From Somniosus microcephalus (taxonomy: Eukaryota), in assembly GCA_052327205.1 (NCBI GenBank), contig CM126212.1:54374001-54438000 (forward strand): a stretch of DNA of 64,000 bases. The letters run 5' to 3'. This document shows, piece by piece, positions 50,701 through 62,700 of this stretch. Both the position numbers and the translations under genes were made by a program. The notes under the pieces were generated by a model that saw only the letters and a program-made list of their open reading frames with translations, was not told where the DNA came from and made no database searches. Every line of letters starts with the position of its first letter. The stretch's first letter is position 1.

Positions 50701-53700
50701 CCTATGCAAATATATAGTGAAATGCATTCACTAGAACAGAATTTAGAGGGAGGGGAATCTAATAGAAATGTCCAGTTTTTGACATGAGTTTGAGAAGGGT
50801 AACTAATGAAATATCCAATGAATTACTGTGAATGCTTCTTGAATCAGAGCCAAACATGCCCTTTAAGAAATTAAATAAACACAAAGAGGAAAAATATTAA
50901 AGGTTACAGAGAAAGAGCAGGAAAATGCGATATGTAGGTCAATGGGCCAAATGGCCTCCCTATGGGCTGAAATTACAATGATTCGAAGTCAGACACCAAA
51001 AAAATAAATCGTACCCCCCCTAATCTCATATCATACTATTCAGAATAATGGATGCATTAGATCGACTTCAAGCCATACAGAAATGAAACTTCAGCAGTTT
51101 GTAACTGTCACCTGAACACTGAGTTAAGATTGTTGTTGTGTAATTTCTCCGTGGTATCCATTATGAATTCTCTTTTACACAGAGTAAAGTTGAGCTCAAA
51201 GTGATGCCGGTCAGTGCTAGGGAATGGAACAATTTAAAACTTTTGGCACCAAATCAGCAAACATGCCTCGGTGAGATATAAACATGGACAAATGGAGAGT
51301 AAAGCTCCCTTACTTAACTCCAACAACAGGGAGGATACTTATCATACCTGATATGTGATCAAGTTAGTAGTGGTTAATAAAGTAATTATTCAAACACCAT
51401 GGCCTAGAAATTCGGTGGGGTTAGCGCCCAATTAGAGGCGTTAGAGGGTCTTGCGCCGGAATTATAGCTGGTAACGAAATTGCGTTGGGCCCTACCATCG
51501 GCATTAGCCGGTAGCGCTGCGCCGGCACCGATGACGTCATCGGTGTGCGCAGCGTCCCGGTTGCCGTGGTAACCCGGCCCCAAGCCCAAATTCAGTTGCG
51601 GCCGCCTCGCCCGTGGCAGCCGCAACCAACGATTGTTGAAAGGGATGTTACACACCTTTGCGCCGGCGCATAAAGGTGGAGTGGCGGCCGGCCGCTTTCC
51701 CGGCGGCCGCCTGCCCGCACCTCCCTCCCCGGACTCCTCCACCACCCCCCCGCGGCACTGATGTGTGTGGCCCGCGAGCCCGGCTCTTCCCCAAGGTGCC
51801 GGGCTCATTTGTCGGGCGAATCGACCGGCCAGCGGTCGGCTGCAGGCAGCTCCTCCTTAACAGAAGGAGGAGGCCTGCAGTACCCCAGCCTGCCGCACCG
51901 CCTCGGGTGCCGCAGCGGGGGATTAGCGCCTGAAAACTGCACTGAACGCCCATAGTGAGGTGCAAAAACCCTCCATTAGCGCCCGCCGCCGTCTGGGCCC
52001 GGGGCAACCGAATTTTCGTCGGGCGCAGCGGCATTAACGCCGGCGCAAAATTTCGGGCGCTAAAGCCCTGGCGGACCCACAACCGAATTTCTAGGCCCAT
52101 AAGTTTAACACGATAATCAGCAGTTTGTTGCACATAAATGGTACCATCAGTAAATCATAATAAACTATTGGGGGGCGCCCAAAAAACAAAACTACTCAAG
52201 TATTTGTCTTGCTATCATTGTACTGCCACTAGACATCTGCACTGCAGGAGCTAACAAAGTTGAACTACTGACTAACTACATAGCAACACAATTAAATCAG
52301 ATCTGTTGATTATAACAGTACAGAATAAAATAATCAGCACAGTCCAACTTAACTCGTCAACAAAAGCAATTCTTAGGATTCCAGAAGAGTCAGAACTAGC
52401 CAAGAATGTTGCTATTATTCTTTGTACAGTAGTCTCAAATTTAGCAATCTGTAGAATAATGTGTATGACTGGTGAACTATTGCAGTCCCACCCTTCAACA
52501 GTCTCTTTGCCATTATTACCAATCATAGTAAAAGACACACTAGTCTCTTCCTCAGTGTCATTCACAGAAAAAGTTCAACTCACACTGAAAGAATCCAGTT
52601 GCTGTCTGAACGTCAGCTCAGTTTCTTTGCTGGGTGAATACATCTTGTTATGCCTACTGTTGGGCGGCAGAATTGTAGGAACTGCAAACACCCCACTGTC
52701 TGCATCACTGCTTGAATTTCCTGAGCTACCAGATGAACATGGCACCACCAACGTCTTCTGCACATTACGCATTCCTGAAAATAAAATAATTAATTAAGCA
52801 TTCGATACAGAAAGAACTTTTATTCTCATTTGTGACATCCAAACATATATTTTGCAATTGGGCATTTGTCAAGCGGTGTATTTTTAGCCAGTTAGCCATT
52901 AGCCAATTAGTGTGCTGGCCTCACTTGATTTTGTGAAGGTAGCGTTATTTATCTAATGTACATGAGCTCCCGGTCCACACTGGGCCTGCCTCACATTGGG
53001 AGCTCTTGGTGGCCCAAGGGAAGACAGGGTCACCAATCATATCAAGGAATGGGCAAAATTACAACTATGCAGGTATTCAACAGTAAGTGCCTGCATCTTG
53101 GGACAATAGCTCACCCATTACCCAGTGTCCTCGATGAACCTGAAACCTATATGCAAGTATGGCTCAGTTACATACTGGATAAAATCACTGCGACATCAAG
53201 GCATCCTTTGCAATAGTTTTAATGACTTTCTAGCCAGGTCTGTCAAATGATAGTTACATTTTGGCAGAATTATTAGAAATTACTCTGCTTGAAACAGAGG
53301 GTGCTTCTTCTGAAAGACCTTGGCATAGATGCCATATTGGTTGTAACCTTACAGAGCTGTTGAGGATCTCCTTTAAGAAGTTTGAGTGCTATCTATCTAC
53401 AAAATGCCAAATTATTCTCAGAAGATGTGACTTGCAATTGCAAGATGATCAGAAGTTCTGGACATGTGTGCCATGGGCTCTGGTGATTCAAATCATTGTT
53501 TCATTCTGCACGCATCTTTTGTTTTTCACAGGCAACAATTTTCAAAATTTAAACAGTGCTGACTGTCAAATGCAATAACCAGGTTCCCCAATAAGTAAGC
53601 TAACTCATTATAAACAAGCTTTAAAAAAAATTAATTCTCAGGATTTGATGGCAAGGCCGGCATTTATTGCCTATCCTTATTTGCTCGAGAAGGTAGCGAT

Positions 53701-56700
53701 GGTGGGCCTTCTTGAGCCGCTGCTACATGTGATCAAGGTGCTCCCACAATGCTGCTAGATAGGGAATTCCAGCATTTTGACTCAGCGACAACATTTCCCC
53801 CCGACCCCCCACTGACCTCATTTACTAGGGCTCCTTGGTGCCACATGCAGTCAAATGCTGCCTTGATGTCAAGAGCAGTCACTCTCACTTCCCCTCTGGA
53901 ATTCAGCTCACGTCCATGTTTGAACCAAAGCTGTAATGAGGTCTAGAGCCGAGTGGTTCTGGCAGAACCCAAACTGAGCATCAGTGAACAGGTTATTGGG
54001 GAGTAAGTGCCACCCGATAGCACTGCTGATTATTCCTTTGATCACTTTGCTGATGATTGGGAGTAGGCTGATAGGGCGGTGATTGGCCAGGTTGGATTTG
54101 TCCTGCTTTTTGTGGAAAGGACATACCTGAGCCATTTGCCAATATGGGGCAAATGCCGCTAATCATTGTCGGGCAGATGCCAGTATTGTAACTGTACTGG
54201 AACAGCTTAGCTAAGGGCGCGGCTAGTTCTGGAGCAATGGCCTTTAGCATTACAGCCGGGATATTGTCAAGGCCTGTAGCCTTTGCTGTGTCCAGTGAAC
54301 TCAGCTGTTTCTTGGTGTCAAGTCGAGTGAATTGAATTAGCTGAAGATTGGCATATTTTGTGCCTGGCACTGCAAATTTCTGGACAGTTTTAGATCTCCC
54401 TGATTTCCATTGGCAAGTCAAGAAGTATGCCAATGGTGCACAGCACATCATCTTATTCTTAAAGAAACAGTAACTTTTACCAGGTTTGCAAAAAGAGGAA
54501 ATCGGACATTGGCCAATATAATCACCATTATATATGCAGTTTGCAAATTTATGGATTGTTCTGCTTTTAACTTTTTTTTTTAGGGTGATGGAGTGAAAAT
54601 TCCTATTGTTGCTATGACTTTTCAATATTTAATCCCCAGACCGTTTATACCACCACGCTCATCACAGGCAGCTGCCTATATCGGGCAAATGGCGCTAACC
54701 ATTTGCCAGTACCATTGAGTTCAATTACAAAGGCGGCGCTTATAACACATCACTGTTGTAATATTAGAGCACTTGGCCAGAGACTAGATATGGCAGGTGG
54801 GAGCTTGGTCACAAAATATTAATAATCTGCCCTTTATCACATTCTTTTTTACACTGTATGCTTCACAAGGTCGGAAATCTTACAGCTCTGGAAAATATTA
54901 TAAATATCTGTCATTTACTGCTACAGTGTGGCCATTTACAAGTGAGGTTACAATTGGATTCAAACAGTGAGGAAAGGCTGACAAGTTCTCTTATATTCTG
55001 GAAAGAAAACAAAGAAGCATTTTTAATTAAAAGGAATTTGCAATATTTAAAATTTCACCAATTGTTGCATTGCTGAGCGACTCTGCTGATACAGTTTTTA
55101 TATTGAATTTATTAGCTCAAGTATTATAACAAAGACACGCAATACTATATTGGCCCAGAAATTCGGGTCTCCACGGGTGAGTACGCACGGGGTACTCACC
55201 CGTAAGCCCAATGGAAGTGCCGGTTTCGTGCATGCGCGGGAAACCGGCACTTCCGTTCCTCTGATCAAAGGGGTTCAGAGTTCGAACGCGTGCGCGGGGG
55301 AGGCTGCGCGTGCGCTTTGAAATTACGTTTTTTTTTTTTTTTTTAAAAACAGGTTTTTCCGTGAGGGTAAGTTTGCAGGATTTAGAAATTTAAAAAGCAG
55401 GCGTAAGGCCTGCTTTTTACAAGGTAAGTGGTCAATTAATTAAAATTAAAACATTTTTTCCACAGGTTTATTATTTTTAAATACTTTAAAGCAAGGCAAG
55501 TTTATTTTTAGCCCCGTTAGGAAATTAAAAAAAAAATTTTCAAAAATTTAAATTATTGTTTAAAATAGTTATTTAATGTAATTTATAGCTTATTTAAAAA
55601 ATGTGATGTTTTAAAAAAAATTATTTGAAGGTTTACTGCTATTTTGGGGCTGCCGTAGTATTTATAAGTCTTGACAGCTCTTCCCGTCAAGACTTATGAA
55701 TGGGCTTTTCCCTCCTCCGATTGGCTGCCCATGGCCCACGTGATCCCAGGGGACGCATCGAACTAACTGCGCCCCTGGGACACGCAAGCACTGCGTGCCG
55801 GCAGTTGGGCCAGGCCCCGGAGCGGAATTCCACGGGGCCCTACAGCTCAACTGCCAGCGCGCAAGGTAAGTGCAGGTCGGGGGCTTACACCCGCGGGAAG
55901 CCCCCGACCCGAATTTCTGGGCCGATATCTCACAATTTACCGTCACTTCTTATGGCAGACAAATCGCGCCAACACCAAAGCTCCTGCTATAACCAGTGGG
56001 GACTGTACCTCAGAATTCTGCAAATTGCAGGTATGCAATTATAAAACTTAATATTCCCCCTAGAATTACTGGCCGGAAAGGAGAGAATAACTTTTCTATA
56101 TTGTTCAGTACTGTTCAAAAAGTACCAGGCATACTGAAAAGAGTTGGGACCAATAAAAATCACTATCTTTGAACTCTGCTGGTCCTGATCTTCAAATCAC
56201 TGCTTCACACATCAGAGTTTGACTATATTGCAGAAGCAATAAAACCTATGTTGAGTGGAACAGATAATATTGAAGAAGATTCTACATAGCAGCACAACAC
56301 AGTATACCTTTAGTTTTTCAGATAAATCACCATTCCTTGGACTCACTGGACAGTGCACTAACCTGAAGCAGCGGTAGGAGTAACTGTTTTGTTAGTTCGA
56401 ATTGCTGCAGTATTTCGGACACAGCCAGGACTACGTGCAAGAGTGATCACTTTCCCTGATGGAGTGTGCATCTGATCTTCATGGTTTGACTTCATTGGAG
56501 ATGTCGCCACAGAGCTAGATTCTGGACTCTATACATTACAAAAGAGCTGCATGAGAGAGTAGCACTAAAGTCTTCTATGCATTCCTCAGGTCTCCAAATC
56601 GCTACTGGTCCACTGATCCACATTTAACAAGAAGTCAGTGGTAGTGTGATTGGTCCAATGCCATTTTAATGCTTTCACTGAACAACTTTTGTTCCCTACT

Positions 56701-59700
56701 CAGTGTTCTAACACGCTGGGAGTTTCACACACAGGCTTTTACAAACTGCCGTTAACATACATTTGTGCAGAAGATTTAATTTCTAATATGATTTTAGCTA
56801 TTGGTATAGTAGCGAACAATTTCTATTAATTGTAAGCCCTAGTGCCTAATGCCTTATTGATTTTATTAAGGGAATAACATGAATCAAAGTATGCTAACAT
56901 TTTGGAATCTCTTCCATACACACAAAAATGTAGCTATCTCAGGGCTTCCCATTTTAAAGTGAATGTTGACCATGGCAGATCCCAACAAGTGGTAGGGTTC
57001 TTTTCAGAAGTGAACGAACCAGAGTAAAGTGTAAGTTTAAAACCTGCAAAATCCACAAATTTTGAAATAATGCACATACAAAGTGCTACTTTCTTCACTG
57101 TCGTGGCCCAAAATAAAAGATCCTGTATTTATTTCTATGTGCAATTTAATGTTAATTTTCTAGGCTCTGCTGAACATGAACTTTGCCTGTAGTCTGAACT
57201 CTACGATAATGGCATTTGTATTCCCAGCTGGCAGCTTGGTGCACAAGGAAGAACCACATTCATACATACCAAGAGTAAAGCTTCCAAAACTCAAAATATC
57301 AGGATTTACATTTTATGCACCAACTTTTGCACAAGATGTCATCCATTTGGACCATTTATTGAGACTCTGTACTAGCAGAGGTGCCTCACAATTTCTGCTC
57401 TGATAAATCAAGCAGTGACCCAGGGACATGAAGAATGGATAAGATTTCTTACAAATCGACCCTTTTAACTGCTGGGAGACTTGGAGAAATTCTACTGAAA
57501 CACCACTTAGTGATCATAGATTTCCCCCTGTACAGTTTGTAAATATTTGCCTTTATTTCCAAAGTGCTGGAAATAACCAGGGAAAATATTTTCACAGGAA
57601 TAAAGTAATCAGCTGCAGAGTTTCTTCAATGAGGTCATTAGTATTGCCATTTAAGAATGAAGGAAGCCCGAGTATAATACTAAAATGTGTACATAGCTAT
57701 AAATCACTTCAGTTGGTTTACATCTACTTTAAAAAAAATAAGTTTTGATCTTAAAAGGACTTCAAGGAAAATGACATGGGATCTTAGGCTCCTGAAGTGT
57801 TGACTTGCAATTGGTCTCTAAAAATGCTGAATGCATGGATGTAAGTGATCATGAACAGAAGCATTGTAATGGGAGCTGCCCAGTTTAAGCCCCTCCAGAA
57901 CTTTGCTCTAGTATGTACGACCTGCAATGGAGTGACAGCAGGCTTCTCCGTGGTGCACGGTAAATGCTAATATTTTAAACTTTTCTCCCTTTAAAGTAAA
58001 CCCAAAGTAAAACTAGTCTATAGATAGGTACTTACCACAGTTACCTTCTAACATCCTTTAGCTTCTGGGACTTTTTTTTTATAAAGTAAAAACCAAAGTA
58101 ATGTAAAATGGTTTTAAATATTCCTTCTTTCACTATGCCTTTAAAATACCATCTGAATTCAAACCATTTTAACAGAAACCATGCCTTTCAATCCCACCCA
58201 CCTGCCCAGTATACTTACAGGTTTAGGATTCACTTCAGTGGTGATAATTTGCAGCAAGCACTTCAATAACCTCGGACTTGCACCCCTTGTCCTCTCAGTT
58301 TCCTCTGCGTTATTCCGCTGGGTCTGTACCCAGTCATACTCAAGCTGCAGTTTGTTGGGTTTCCCCAACATGAGGTACAATTCAGCCAATGTCAAATTCT
58401 CAGAGGTACTCGGGCTCCAGCCATCCTCCTGCATCTGCTGGGTCAAGTGGGTAGCATCCTCTTTTGGTGGCTTTGGAACAATGCTGGCACTACTAGGTTG
58501 TCCCTGAGAGGGCGAAGCAATTATCAAGGTCTGCTTCATAAGACAGTCAGTATCAGGCACCTCCTGGGTGCATGCCACTGGCTGTTCATGAGTGCAAATG
58601 GCAGGTAGGGTCCTATTATCACTATCATCTAGTGTAGTTGAACTGGACGATTTTGAAGTGGTATTGTTGGGTAACTGTGGCCCTGAAGTTGCAAACTGTT
58701 CAGTGTTGAGTTCCATCACTTCTATAGTTCCCGAATGCACAGCACTGGGATCACCAGAAAATCCATTTATGCCTGAGGCAGTAACATCCTTTTCAGAGGA
58801 TTTATCCTTACACACACACCTCTCTGGAACTACTAAATTTTGACAAGACTTCATGTAACGAGGAACTGGGTCCAAGAGGGATGCCTCATCAGTGTTCACA
58901 ATCCCCCCACACACAGAGAGCTCAGCAGTGGTAGCTGCTTCTGGGGACTCCATTAGAGGTGCTTCATTACCATTGCATTCTTCAGTGGAAACATCGGAAT
59001 TAGCTTTGGGTGAATTAAATATATTTTCTCCATTTTCTCCTAATTCTTGTCCCACGTCAAAAAACTCCTCTGCTTTTGGACTTTCCTGGTTGGAAGCTGC
59101 CTCTTCAACAGAGATACCTTCCAAAGAAGGCGATTCCTCTTCAGTGCTTTGTGCTCCTTCTCCAGTCAACAACCCAGTCGTTTTGCTACCAGTTCGCCCA
59201 TCTGTTGTGGCCCGTATTTGTTTAACATGTCCCTTCATTGTGCCCTGTGCTCCCTGGCTGAGAGGAACAGTCAGATCCTTTGTGACAGAGGCTCTAGCTA
59301 GGATCTGTGCTTGTGGGAGCAAATGAGTGTCCTTTATGTTCTGTCTGCACCTTCCCGTTTCCTGCCAGTGCACTGTACAGCAGGCTTTCGAGTGAACCAC
59401 CTTTGCCACTCCAGGCAGTGCAGTTAAGGTACAGTTCTCTGCAGGATAGAGATGGAGTTCGGCCTTTTCCTCAAGCCCCACAATCCTCGATTCACCATCT
59501 CCAGAGTCTTGCTGGCGTTCTTCTAATGATTTACGCTGAAGAACATAAAGTTAAGGAGAAACTAGAGACAAGACATTTGGAGAATCCTACTTGGATGAAT
59601 TACAATTGATTTACCTAATTTTTGAGTCATGTCAGCTTAGTTTAATTGGTGGCACTCTAACCACAGTCAGACAGTACTGGACTTATTGTTACTAGGGAAA

Positions 59701-62700
59701 GAGGGAAGGAAAGAACAAAAGAAGTTACATTCATAGTGCACCTTGCAGGATGTTGCAAGGTTTTTCACAGCCAATGAACTACTTTTGAAGTGTAGTCACT
59801 GTTGTAATGTAGGGAAGCACAGCAGCCAATTTTGCACACAAGGTCCCTATTACCAAATAATCTGTTTTAGTGATGTTGGTTGAATGATAAATGTTGGCTA
59901 GGACACAAGGAGAAGCTCCCTGCTCTTCTTCCAATAGCACCACAGGATCTTTTACATTCACCCGAGAGGGCAGACTGGGCCTGCAGCAATGTTCCCCCTA
60001 ATTTTTTTTTCGGCCGCGCGGCCCCATTAACAGGCTGTGCGGCCCATTCAAACTTCCACGCATGTGCGTTTTTTTGCATTGTGAAGCCGGCTCACCGGCT
60101 GCCCGGGACCTCGAGACAGCTGCGCAGCTTAAAGGGAACGTTGGCCCGCAGTTTAACGTCTCCCTAAACCTCGCCGACGGAATTCCCTCCCTAAAACACT
60201 CCGCCTCGCTACCTCTTTCCTCCTTTAACACGTTCCTTAAAACCTACCTCTTTGACCAAGCTTTTGGTATCTGCCCTAATTTCTCCTTATGTGGCTCGGT
60301 GTCAAATTTTGTTTTATAATACTCCTGTGAAGCGCCTTGGGACGTTTTACTACGTTAAAGACACTATGTAAATACAAGTTGTTGTTGTCTCATCTAAAAG
60401 ACGGCACTTCCGACAGTGCAGCACTTCTTTAGTACTGCACTGTAATGTCAGCCTAGATTATGTGCTCAAGTTTCTACAATGGGGCTTGAGCCTTCTGTCT
60501 CAGGCGAGAGTGGTAGAGCCACGGTTGACACTTACCACAATAAACCTAGCTACAGCACAATGGTTTAATATCTCCCGAGTGTAGTTTGTTCAAACCTACA
60601 TAAGTTAGTGTTGATGAAACATTAGCAGGTACTTGATGATTAGACACGGTAAAGACTGGATATGTAGCTATTACAACGGAGGCAGGAGGCACCGAACGGA
60701 CATAGGTATGGGATATACATTTTTATTTACTTAAGATACGATTAAGACATGTACAAAATAAATTTATTTACATTAAGTCGCTGCAACTATTCTACCCGGA
60801 CAATTTTTTAAATAGCAGCCAAAGACAAAGTGGTACCTTTTAAAAAAAATTGTGTACCTCATAGAAACATGCATTAAGATATATTCTGTGTCTTTGGCAA
60901 AGGCTGGGGTGAAGGGCTCCACCTTCCCTCAGCAGGGGAACAGCGCAGGTCATGCACAAGGGGGTGTTTAAAAGGAGAAAACACATTTAAAAAAGGTAGA
61001 GGAACAAAAGGGGAAACATCATGGTTTTGCTCCCAGGTATATCCGTGTATCACACACGAGCGCCGATTTTCACTGCCTCCACCCTGCGGGAACGAGGCGG
61101 CAGTGCTCTGAAAATTATGGCGGAAGTTCCTGCCCTGTTCCCACTCCCAATCCAGCCAATCATGGAAATGGGTGGGCGCCTCATTAAGGCAAGCAAATCA
61201 TGTCCAACGACGTACTTAAGGCTCCAATGCAATTTTTTCAGGTACCAATAGGCAGAGTATGTGCCATACATGGTCCGCCCATTGGTACTAGGCGTAGAGC
61301 GGCCTAACCAGCGGTCCTTAAAGGGACTACTACAGGCCACTCACAAAAACAGCAATGGTAAGGCTGGAACAGGAGGAATGTGGAGGTTCCTTCTAGCCCC
61401 AGAAAAATCTTCCCACCCACTGCCAGCCCCTCCGTGCTCCCTGCCACCTCTCCACTTTAAGCTTGGCTCCACAGAGGCGTCACCAGATTTCCCCCACCCC
61501 GGATCTGCGAGCTGCCTGTGAGCGCTGCTTCAGCGCTTCCAGTTCGCCAATCACAAGCAAATGAGGCCCGACCATTAAAATGGCTAGGGTCTCTCACTGA
61601 GGGCATCAGGCAGGCAGGCAGTGAGATTGCTTCGCCAACTGTCCACCTGGTGTTCGCTGATAAATTGGTCCCAGGGTTTCTTTGTTTGCCGTTAGTTGAA
61701 AAGGATACAATTCTGAATTCTTGTAAAGCCCATTTATGTTTAAGGAATTCAATGAGACTGGAAACTTTCCGGTGCAGCTCCACCATCATCCTGCAAGGCA
61801 ATAAAACCTGGTTCATCAAAGAGTGTATTGCTAATAACAATATCACATTGCATATTGTAACTCAGTCATTAGTGATGCTGTTTAAAGCGAAGGACTAAAA
61901 ATATAATATGCTGTCATTCGGCTTACAAATGCAATTGATAGCTCCCAGCAGAGAAACTCCAGAATCAACTTTAACTCCTTAGTTGTGAAGTGACAAAGCA
62001 TACAAAAGCAGCAACATATTGCTTCATAAAGTGGATGGATGGGGATTTACAGCCATCATTCTGCACATGGAGAGTTCTTGATCTGTCATACCAATACAGG
62101 GAGTTATGGAATTGCAGGGAGGAGATTTCCAAAGCAGATCAACTGGCAGACAATTGGAGGCCTGCCCACTTTATTCATCTATGGATGTAGGGAGGGATAG
62201 ATGAGAGGAATACAAGAAAAATCAAGTTTACCACTGGTCACTGATGAAGGAATACTCTAGGGTGACTGATGCAATTCAACAAATTGAACGTTCAATAATG
62301 TTAACAAGGCTGGGAAATGCCCTGTAGGTTTAGTTTCCTCTGACATTAAATTAATAATTTCTACAGTACATCATATGTAAACTGTTTACAGTATGTACAA
62401 CCATTAAGTATACTTTGTCTCAAATAACCCATTCAAAATGGCTGTTAAGCAATACCTACTGACGTGAAAATCAGTTCCCCTCCAGCTGACACATTTGTTA
62501 ATATGGCTCTCAAGTCCTGTTCTGCTAAATGTCAATAAAAAGCCTGGAGTATTTAACTTATGCAGGACTTTTGTTCACTTATATAAAAGTTTCACACTGA
62601 GATACTGGAGACTCTCAAGTTGTGCTATATAAAAGGAAAAGCTACAAAAAGGCAACACAAGTGCACAATAGGGTAGGCTCTCTATTTGGTCATTGGCCAA

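Larger units (their letters stand above)
59720..60532 (-). mobile_element. tRNA-derived SINE interrupted by a MITE (59987-60143) and an L2 tail (60163-60386)
   Basis: SINE body resumes across both inserts: ...gggcctgcag|gtttaacgtctc|atctaaaagacggcac... Confidence 0.8.
59536..61708 (-). other. CRAMP1: U12-type (minor spliceosome) GT-AG intron in CRAMP1
   Basis: 5' splice site GTATCCTTTT; branch point TCCTTAAC (59557-59550) ending 14 nt before the end of the intron. Confidence 0.93.

Noticed and set aside
51404-52133. GC-rich ORFs or a CpG island taken as a gene promoter
   Set aside because: Lies within TIRs with a TSD, so it is a MITE; ORFs arise from high GC content
52272-52797. 97-aa and 163-aa ORFs next to a CRAMP1 exon
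   Set aside because: Intronic continuation past the 52583 donor is interrupted by a stop, and the plus ORF is antisense; no recognisable protein
58181-59326. Plus-strand ORFs overlapping the large CRAMP1 exon
   Set aside because: Antisense shadows of the coding exon
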